Virus record (IMG/VR): IMGVR_UViG_3300048575_000494 | Span: 1 to 30,647 of that record | Source: a virus | Taxonomy: Duplodnaviria; Caudoviricetes | Reading direction: 5' to 3' (one strand) | Length of the DNA stretch: 30,647 bases | Shown: positions 24,151-30,647 of the stretch, one piece after another | How positions within the stretch are numbered: position 1 is the first letter of the stretch | Layout of the letters: each line of letters starts with the position of its first letter | Program-made: the position numbers and the translations under genes | The notes under the pieces: generated by a model | The model's input: the letters and a program-made list of their open reading frames with translations, nothing else | Databases searched by the model: none | What the model was told of the DNA's origin: nothing

Positions 24151-25710
24151 ATGGCTCTTGGCACACTCTTTCCACTCGCGCCGGTCCCGCTGGCCGGGCT
24201 GTCGGCCAGGTCGACCAATCACGCGGCTCAATGCTACGTTGTCGACGAGACGCCGAGCCGCGACGTTGGGTACGTCACCAAGGAGAAGCGGTTCTCGCTC
24301 TTCCTTTGGAACGGCTCCGCTGCAGATGTAACTCTCGCGGCGGTGTCGGGCAACGAGGCGACCGAAGGAATCACCTGGGACGCCACCCCGCCTGACCTGA
24401 TCGCGACCAGGACCTCGCTGCGGGTGAACATCACGGTCGGCATTGACGGCCCGCTGGAGTACGAGGCCCTGATCAGCTTTGTCTCGGCCTGTGCGCTTGA
24501 CCCGGCAATAATGATTACCGGCACGCGGGCGCCGCATCTTTCCGGCGACGTCGGCTATTTCTTGATTCCGCATTCCTGGGAAGATGGCCTTGATGAGACC
24601 CTGGCCTGGAAAACGGATGTGCTGATTGCCCATGACCGCACCGAACAGCGAGTGCAGTTGCGCACCATGCCCCGGCGCTCCTGGAACCTGCGGTTATTGG
24701 CTGCAGGGCCTGCGCGTCGCAAACTGGAAACCTGGATCAGCCTGCGCAAAACGCGGCGCATCTTTGCCCCGGTTTGGCGGGATGTGGCTCCGATTGCTGC
24801 GGGTATTGTCGCTGGAGAAGCGATGGTGACCTTGAACACCGAATTCCTCGACTACGCAGTCGGCAGACCACTGGCTGTCTGGGATGGCTGGGACCATTTC
24901 GAGATCCGCACCGTTACCGGCATTGGCCCGAATTATATCGCGGTGGACGCGCCGTTTGCCGAAGATTGGCCGGCGGGCTCTCTGGTTGCGCCCTGCCGGT
25001 ACGGGGTGGCGCTGGATCAGCGTACGGTGTCCCGGTTCACCGAGGACGTCGGCGATTTTCGCCTGCGGTTTGAAGCACTGGACGAATCGTTGATGCCAGC
25101 CATGGCCACGCCTGAACTGTATCGGGAGATTCCTGTGTGTCCGCTGTCGCCTTCGTGGGTTGGCGATGAGGAGGCCTTTGACAACAAGTGGGTCCGGCTC
25201 GACAACGACACCGGGCTGATCGAGTATGACGTGCAATCCCTTGAACCGGTGTTGAGCCGCAGCGCCTCGTTTCTGGTGATCGGTCGAGCCCGGATTGACG
25301 GCTTTCTCCGCTTCCTCTTTGCCTGCGCCGGGAGACTGACGCCGTTCTGGCTGCCGGCCAATGATCGGGGCTTTGAGCTGGCGCAACCGGCTGCGGCCGG
25401 AGCCACTACGTTAGTGATCGGCAGCATCGGCTATGAATATGCCCTGTCCGATTGCGCGGCCAGGGGCCATGTTGAGCTGATTACTACCAATGGAACCGTG
25501 ATCAGGCGCAGGGTTGCCGCTGTGGCGACCTTGCCCACGGGCGAGGAGCAGTGGACCCTGGACAGCGCCTTGCCAATGGCGGTGTCGGCGGCTGCGCTCA
25601 ACCGCTGCGCCTGGTTGGAGTTGGTCCGGCTGGACAGCGACGAGATCAAACTGCATTGGGTGGCTTGGGACTGCGTGGAAGTGACCTTGCCGATTGTGGT
25701 GTTGCCATGA
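24151..25710 (+). CDS. Tail structural protein
   Basis: ETLAWKTDVL...EQRVQLR..PRR and GRLTPFWLP motifs. Confidence 0.8.
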   Translation: MALGTLFPLAPVPLAGLSARSTNHAAQCYVVDETPSRDVGYVTKEKRFSLFLWNGSAADVTLAAVSGNEATEGITWDATPPDLIATRTSLRVNITVGIDGPLEYEALISFVSACALDPAIMITGTRAPHLSGDVGYFLIPHSWEDGLDETLAWKTDVLIAHDRTEQRVQLRTMPRRSWNLRLLAAGPARRKLETWISLRKTRRIFAPVWRDVAPIAAGIVAGEAMVTLNTEFLDYAVGRPLAVWDGWDHFEIRTVTGIGPNYIAVDAPFAEDWPAGSLVAPCRYGVALDQRTVSRFTEDVGDFRLRFEALDESLMPAMATPELYREIPVCPLSPSWVGDEEAFDNKWVRLDNDTGLIEYDVQSLEPVLSRSASFLVIGRARIDGFLRFLFACAGRLTPFWLPANDRGFELAQPAAAGATTLVIGSIGYEYALSDCAARGHVELITTNGTVIRRRVAAVATLPTGEEQWTLDSALPMAVSAAALNRCAWLELVRLDSDEIKLHWVAWDCVEVTLPIVVLP

Positions 25711-26504
25711 GCTATATCAGCCGCGAACAGTCCGATTATGCCGGCCATCCGCTGGAGCTGTACCGGTTCGCCATGGGCGACCGGTTGTGGCTCTACACCA
25801 GCGCCGACCATGAAGTGGCCTATGGCGAGGACGTGTACCAGCCCTGCTACATCAAGCGAGGCGGATTTACCAAGGGCGGCGACGCCCGCAAGTCCACCCT
25901 GGAGATCGAGGTCAGCACGTCCAATAACGTGGCGCTGCTGTTTCGTACCGGCTGGTTGCCGTCGCTGTTGATCGTCACCATTTACCGCCACCATTATGAG
26001 GACTCGGACTTCTCGGTGCTGTGGAAGGGCCGGGTCACCAGCTGCAAATGGGCGGGCTCGGTGGCCTCGCTGGCCAGCGAATCGGTGTTCACCCTGTTCC
26101 AGCGAGCCGGCCTGCGGCGGGTGTACCAGGTGGGGTGTCCGCATGTGCTCTTTGGCGCTGCCTGTGGCCTGGCTGCTTCGGACTGGGCGGTGGCAAAGAC
26201 GGTGACGGCGGTGGCGGCCAGCCAAGTCTCCGTGGGCGGCCTTGCCGGATACGGATCCGGATATTTTCTAGGCGGCATGCTCAAGGCCGGGGAAGAGCTG
26301 CGGATGATCACCGCTCACGACGGCAACGACCTGACCCTGGTGGACGGCATCGCCGACCTGGCTGTTGGTTCCGCCGTCACCCTCTGGCCGGGATGTGCGC
26401 GCACGGTCCACGCCTGCCTGAACAAGTTTGCCAACCTCGACAACTACGGCGGCCTGCCGTATCTGCCGACCAAAAACCCCTTCAGCGGCGACGCTCTGGT
26501 GTGA
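25707..26504 (+). CDS. BR0599-family (gpL-like) tail tip protein
   Basis: PLELYRF...YTSAD, CPHVLFGAAC, PGCART...CLNKFANLDNYGGLPYLP. ATGA overlap. Confidence 0.9.
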   Translation: MSYISREQSDYAGHPLELYRFAMGDRLWLYTSADHEVAYGEDVYQPCYIKRGGFTKGGDARKSTLEIEVSTSNNVALLFRTGWLPSLLIVTIYRHHYEDSDFSVLWKGRVTSCKWAGSVASLASESVFTLFQRAGLRRVYQVGCPHVLFGAACGLAASDWAVAKTVTAVAASQVSVGGLAGYGSGYFLGGMLKAGEELRMITAHDGNDLTLVDGIADLAVGSAVTLWPGCARTVHACLNKFANLDNYGGLPYLPTKNPFSGDALV

Positions 26505-26514
26505 GGAGCTGATT

Positions 26515-26745
26515 ATGTGGCAACTGGTTGTCTGGATAGGACTGCAGATTGTTTCCTCGTTTCTGACCACCTCGAAATCAACGGCCAGCAACGCAACCCC
26601 TGGCGAGGTGGAGGCGTCCACGGTGGATGCGGCATCGCCGGTTCCGGTGCTGTTTGGCACTCGCTTGATGGCCTCGCCCAACTGCATCTGGTACGGCGAC
26701 GTCGGAACCACGCCGATCCGCAACTGCTCAGGGGGCAAGAAATGA
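26515..26745 (+). CDS. Small tail assembly protein
   Basis: GAGGAG RBS. PVPVLFGT...PNCIWYGD...GGKK. Confidence 0.85.
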   Translation: MWQLVVWIGLQIVSSFLTTSKSTASNATPGEVEASTVDAASPVPVLFGTRLMASPNCIWYGDVGTTPIRNCSGGKK

Positions 26746-26969
26746 GCACGGTCACCCTGGGGCATATGCGGGCGTTGGGCTATTGCAATCGCGGGCTGCG
26801 GCGGTGGCTGGCGGATCGCGGCGTGGTCTGGGCGGAGTTCCTCGAGCACGGCGTGGACGCGGAACTGTTGCGCGGATCCGGCGACGCCATGGCCATTGCC
26901 GCCGCTGATCTGGCGGATGCGGAAGCGGTTACTCCCGGAAAAAACACCAAGCGCGGAGGCTGCGTCTGA
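26742..26969 (+). CDS. Small tail assembly protein
   Basis: GYCNRGLRRW...WAEFLEHGVDAE...GDAMA. Overlaps both neighbours. Confidence 0.8.
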   Translation: MSTVTLGHMRALGYCNRGLRRWLADRGVVWAEFLEHGVDAELLRGSGDAMAIAAADLADAEAVTPGKNTKRGGCV

Positions 26970-29161
26970 TGGGCTCCGGCAAGGGAGAGACCTGCGTCAC
27001 CACCGGTTTTCGCTATTTTGCGGGCCTGCATCTGGTGTTCTGCCATGGCCTGGACGCCCTGTTGGGCATCCGGGTTGGCGAGAAATGGGCCTGGACCGGA
27101 TCAGTCACGGCGAACAGCGCCGTCTCCATCAACAAGCCGGATCTCTTTGGCGGCGAGGGCCGCGAGGGCGGCGTCCGGGGAACGGTCGACGCCTGCTTCG
27201 GGTTGCCGTCGCAACCTCGCAATAGCTATCTGCAGTCAGTGTTGGGCATTGATATTCCGGCGTTCAGGGGGCTGTTTGCCCTGGTGGCCAGAAAATGCAT
27301 GCTCTCGGCCAACAACCCGTACATCAAGGAGTGGGCGATTCTCGGCCGCCGGACCCGCATTGGCTGGCGGGACGATCTGGCCGACATTGTCGCGGCCGAC
27401 GGATATGTGGACATGAACCCGGCCCACATCATCCGCGAAACCCTGACCAACACCACCTGGGGCGGCATGGGCTACCCTGAGGCCGACCTGGACGGCGACG
27501 CGTTCAACACGGCCGCCGCCTTGCTCAACGCCGAGGGGTTCGGGTTGTCCCTCTTGTGGGCCAAGAACACCAGCGTTGAAGATTTCCTGAAGCTCATCAT
27601 CGATCACATCGACGGCAAGCTCTACTGTTCGCACATCACCGGCCTGCTCAAGCTGAAGCTGGTGCGCAACGACTACAACATCGGCGGCATCCCGGTGCTG
27701 AGTGAGAGCAATATCCTGGAACTGGTCGATTACACCGGCCCGGCCGCGACCGAGTCGATCAACCAGGTGGTGGTCAATTATGTGGACCGCGAGAACAGTA
27801 CCTGTGCGGTCACGGTTCAGGACCTGGCGGGCATTACCCGCATGGGCGGCCAGATCAACTCCACCACGTTGAACTTTGTCGGCATTGCCGATGCAGCACT
27901 GGCCGCCAAGGTGGCAGCGCGGGAGCTGCAGCAGCTCTGCCAGCCGATATCGTCCTGCATCCTGGTGATCAACCGCAAGCAGTCGCTGCTTGAAGAGGGC
28001 GATTGTTTCAACTTCTGCTGGGGTCCGCTGGGAATCGAGAACATGGCGATGCGGGTTGATACGGTAGAGATCGGCCTGCACACCGACTCCTCGATCCGGA
28101 TTGTTGCGGTGCGGGACGTCTACGGCTTGGGCGCGGTCACCATTACCGAGCCGGCCAACAGCCTGTGGTCGAGTTCGTTGACCGAGCCGGCCAGCGCGGT
28201 GCGGCGCAGGATCCAGGAGATTACCTGGTGGCAGTTTGTGCGCGAGTACGCCGGCGAGTCAGAGGCGGTTCTGGCGGAGTTGGACGACACGTCCACCCTG
28301 CTGACCTGTTTCTGTGGGCGGCCCAGCTCGGACGCCCTGAACTATGAGCTGTGGACGCGCAACGTCGGCGCAACCGATTGGGTCAAACGCGATACTGATT
28401 CTTTTCCGTTTACGGGGACCTTGGCCACGGCCGTTCCCCCGGCGGTCAGTTCAGTGCTCCAGCTCCAGGAGGGAATGCTGGACACCGACCTGGTGCTGGT
28501 GGGGACCTACGCCGCCCTGGGTTCGGAACTGGTGGCCGTGACCGCCGTTGATCCGGTCAACGTCACCGTGACCGTCAACCGTGGCGTGCTCGACACCATC
28601 CCGGTGGCCCACGCCGCCGGCGAATACCTGTGGTTCCACCAGAGTTTTTACGGGCTGGATAAAGAGGATCGCGCAGTGGGCGAGTCCGTGGAGGTGAAGA
28701 TCCTGCCGTCCACCTCGTTGGGCCGGTTGGCCCTGGAGGATGCAGCCGCCGACGTTGTCGCCTGTGTCGGCCGGATGATGCGGCCCTATCCGCCGGGCAA
28801 TGTTCAAGTCAACGGATCCCGGTGGCCGGCTTCCATCGGGGCAGCCGCTGAACTGACGGTGACCTGGGCGCACCGGGACCGCACTCTGCAGACGGTTACG
28901 CTCAACCGGCAGGATGAGGGCAATATCGGACCGGAGGCTGGCGTGACCTACACGCTCCGGATCTACGGCGAGGCCGGAACCCTGCTGCGAACGGCCAGCG
29001 GGTTGACCGGGACCAGCTACACCTACGCGGCCGCCGCCGAACAAACCGACAGCGGCTTTATCCCTGCCCGGCTCAACACGGCTTTGCGGATCGAGCTGGA
29101 AAGCGTGCGCAACAGCCTGGTCAGTTTGCAGAAATGGAATCTCTCGATGACGAGAGCGTAA
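26969..29161 (+). CDS. Tail tip / central hub protein (gpJ-like), 730 aa
   Basis: LFGGEGREGG, PAFRG, DMNPAHII, EGFGLS, INQVVVNY, RGVLDT, RPYPPGN, WAHRDR. Confidence 0.9.
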   Translation: MGSGKGETCVTTGFRYFAGLHLVFCHGLDALLGIRVGEKWAWTGSVTANSAVSINKPDLFGGEGREGGVRGTVDACFGLPSQPRNSYLQSVLGIDIPAFRGLFALVARKCMLSANNPYIKEWAILGRRTRIGWRDDLADIVAADGYVDMNPAHIIRETLTNTTWGGMGYPEADLDGDAFNTAAALLNAEGFGLSLLWAKNTSVEDFLKLIIDHIDGKLYCSHITGLLKLKLVRNDYNIGGIPVLSESNILELVDYTGPAATESINQVVVNYVDRENSTCAVTVQDLAGITRMGGQINSTTLNFVGIADAALAAKVAARELQQLCQPISSCILVINRKQSLLEEGDCFNFCWGPLGIENMAMRVDTVEIGLHTDSSIRIVAVRDVYGLGAVTITEPANSLWSSSLTEPASAVRRRIQEITWWQFVREYAGESEAVLAELDDTSTLLTCFCGRPSSDALNYELWTRNVGATDWVKRDTDSFPFTGTLATAVPPAVSSVLQLQEGMLDTDLVLVGTYAALGSELVAVTAVDPVNVTVTVNRGVLDTIPVAHAAGEYLWFHQSFYGLDKEDRAVGESVEVKILPSTSLGRLALEDAAADVVACVGRMMRPYPPGNVQVNGSRWPASIGAAAELTVTWAHRDRTLQTVTLNRQDEGNIGPEAGVTYTLRIYGEAGTLLRTASGLTGTSYTYAAAAEQTDSGFIPARLNTALRIELESVRNSLVSLQKWNLSMTRA

Positions 29162-29198
29162 GAGAAAAAAAACTGGTCGCCATGGCCAAGGAGCGAAC

Positions 29199-29399
29199 AT
29201 GAAAAAGGCATTGATCGTCGGAGCACTCATAAGCCTGCAGGTAACGGCCTGCACCATCGCCCAAACCGAGAACAATTACACCCTGACCGGCGACAACAAC
29301 ACGATCACCGGGACCGACACAATCAATACGGAAAAAAGCACCGATGTGGATGCCGGCGCAGCGGCCAGCCAAAACGGTTCGGCGGCCGTAACGAAATGA
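29199..29399 (+). CDS. Small lipoprotein
   Basis: AAGGAG RBS. MKK, hydrophobic core, lipobox VTAC, then a Thr/Asn-rich mature part. Confidence 0.75.
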   Translation: MKKALIVGALISLQVTACTIAQTENNYTLTGDNNTITGTDTINTEKSTDVDAGAAASQNGSAAVTK

Positions 29400-29590
29400 A
29401 CACCCGGACCTTACGCATCATCACCCTGTGGTTTTGCTTATTGTTCGGTGTTGTCTGGGTTTTTCTGTCGGTGTCGCTCAAGGCAATGTATGTCCCGCCC
29501 GGTGAGGTCCAGGCGTTTATGGTGGCGCTGATCGGTGGCAAGTGGGCGCAATCATACGTTGAGAAAAGAGGAGGAAGCGGTGCAGCCTGA
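29396..29590 (+). CDS. Two-TM membrane protein, holin candidate
   Basis: 64 aa with two hydrophobic segments and a charged C-terminus, upstream of the endolysin. Confidence 0.6.
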   Translation: MNTRTLRIITLWFCLLFGVVWVFLSVSLKAMYVPPGEVQAFMVALIGGKWAQSYVEKRGGSGAA

Positions 29591-29897
29591 AAACGACTGG
29601 AAATTCTGGCAGGCTGTCGGTGGCTATGTGCTTTCTGCGGCGTGGGGTCTGATCGGAGGGGCATGGATCAGCCGAGGAGTGTTGGAGCGCCTTCGCCAGG
29701 CGGACGCAGCCCTAGCCGTCAGGGTGACCAACCTTGAGAAGCAGTTGGAAGTTCTGGCGGCCATGTCGACCAACATTGCTGTCCTCGCTGCTTTGCAGAC
29801 AGAGATGCAAGCGGATATCAAAGCCATTTTCGAACGGTTGGAACGTAGACAGATGGAAGTCTATCCCCCACCGCACGGGGAAAGGAGAGAACAATGA
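29580..29897 (+). CDS. One-TM plus coiled-coil protein (holin/antiholin-like)
   Basis: GAGGAGG RBS and GTG start. The stop overlaps the endolysin ATG. Confidence 0.6.
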   Translation: MQPENDWKFWQAVGGYVLSAAWGLIGGAWISRGVLERLRQADAALAVRVTNLEKQLEVLAAMSTNIAVLAALQTEMQADIKAIFERLERRQMEVYPPPHGERREQ

Positions 29898-30400
29898 ACA
29901 GGAATTTGCGGCAGGCGATTGAACTGATCAAATCGTTTGAAGGGATCATTGATGGGGATCCAGCAAATGTAAACCTTGACCCTTACATTTGCCCGGCAGG
30001 ATACTGGACCATCGGTTGGGGCCATGTGGTCCGGGATCCGCAAGGCCGACCGATCAAGGGGGTTGAGAACAAGCAATACGCCAGAGCTGTTTATCCGACT
30101 GGTTTGACCATGATCGAGGCCGAGGTCCTGTTGGGTGACGACGTCCGGCGCTTCTCCGCCGGAGTCGAAAAACTGCTCCAGGTGAAAGTGAGTGACGCCC
30201 AGTTTTGTGCCCTGGTCAGCTTTGCCTTTAACGTCGGAGTCAGCGCCCTGGAGCGTTCCACCCTGCTGCAGGTGATCAACCGGGGAAATTTTGATCAGGT
30301 TCCGGCTCAGTTTCTACGCTGGACCAAGGCCAATGGCAAAGAGTTGGTTGGACTGAAACGCCGACGGCAAGCGGAAGCCAATCTATGGCGTAACGCCTAG
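29894..30400 (+). CDS. Endolysin, GH24 phage lysozyme
   Basis: LIKSFEG...YICPAGYWTIGWGH, QFCALVSFAFNVG, STLL, GLKRRRQAE. Confidence 0.95.
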   Translation: MNRNLRQAIELIKSFEGIIDGDPANVNLDPYICPAGYWTIGWGHVVRDPQGRPIKGVENKQYARAVYPTGLTMIEAEVLLGDDVRRFSAGVEKLLQVKVSDAQFCALVSFAFNVGVSALERSTLLQVINRGNFDQVPAQFLRWTKANGKELVGLKRRRQAEANLWRNA

Positions 30401-30449
30401 GAAAACTTGGCGGTTTGCGAATTTTTGAAAAGGAAAACGAGGTGACGAG

Positions 30450-30647
30450 ATGATTCGTGGAATCATGATTGGCTTTGCGCTGCTCATATTAATGATCTGC
30501 GCAAACGTGGTTTGGCAAAACGTGCATTGCGGCACGCCGGTTTTCCGTACCGCTCCGCTGCAGATTATCCCGTGCGAATCTGACGACAAGTTAGCGGCCG
30601 AGATTGATGATTTGCAGTGCAGGGCGAGAGATCACCCGGCGAGGTAA
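30450..30647 (+). CDS. N-terminal TM protein after the endolysin (possible i-spanin-like)
   Basis: GAGGTG RBS and a hydrophobic N-terminus. It is short for an i-spanin and ends at the window edge. Confidence 0.45.
   Translation: MIRGIMIGFALLILMICANVVWQNVHCGTPVFRTAPLQIIPCESDDKLAAEIDDLQCRARDHPAR

Larger units (their letters stand above)
673..30647 (+). mobile_element. Siphovirus-type prophage (lambda-like head and packaging, long non-contractile tail); both boundaries undefined in the window
   Basis: Continuous co-oriented replication, packaging, head, tail and lysis genes with tight or overlapping junctions. No sheath gene is present. Confidence 0.95.

Noticed and set aside
21871-29161. Diversity-generating retroelement or invertible tail cassette
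   Set aside because: No reverse transcriptase, invertase or TR/VR-like repeat pair is visible by eye. A self dot-plot would be needed to exclude it fully.

Overview
Almost the whole window (about 673 to the right edge) is a temperate siphovirus-type prophage, read on the + strand. It begins 27 bp after the 3' part of a DnaA-family gene that is not followed by dnaN. The left part holds a small HTH gene, a gpZ/HK97-gp10-like gene and a lambda-like cos signature (GGGTCCT plus a dyad, about 1920-1965). Next come a D5/SF3 helicase, a roughly 275-bp mirror-symmetric candidate origin, an antisense toxin-first RelE/HigB-type TA pair with a leaderless sigma70 promoter, a Zn-finger/Toprim primase, small Cys-rich genes and a ParB-N6/N4 methyltransferase. 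A Nu1-like small terminase, a small Xis/HTH_17-like gene and seven phased decamers (putative late promoter) precede the structural genes. These are a lambda-type head module (GpA terminase, gpW, portal, protease, capsid), a long non-contractile tail with a -1 frameshifted chaperone and a D3112/YuA-like tail tip, and a lysis cassette with a GH24 endolysin. No integrase, repressor, att site, RNA gene, CRISPR array or reverse transcriptase is visible. The most interesting points are the DnaA gene abutting phage genes, cos lying about 7 kb upstream of the terminase genes with the replication module in between, the symmetric origin, and the wHTH plus 10-bp-repeat late switch. All family calls come from motif recognition by eye, not from database searches.
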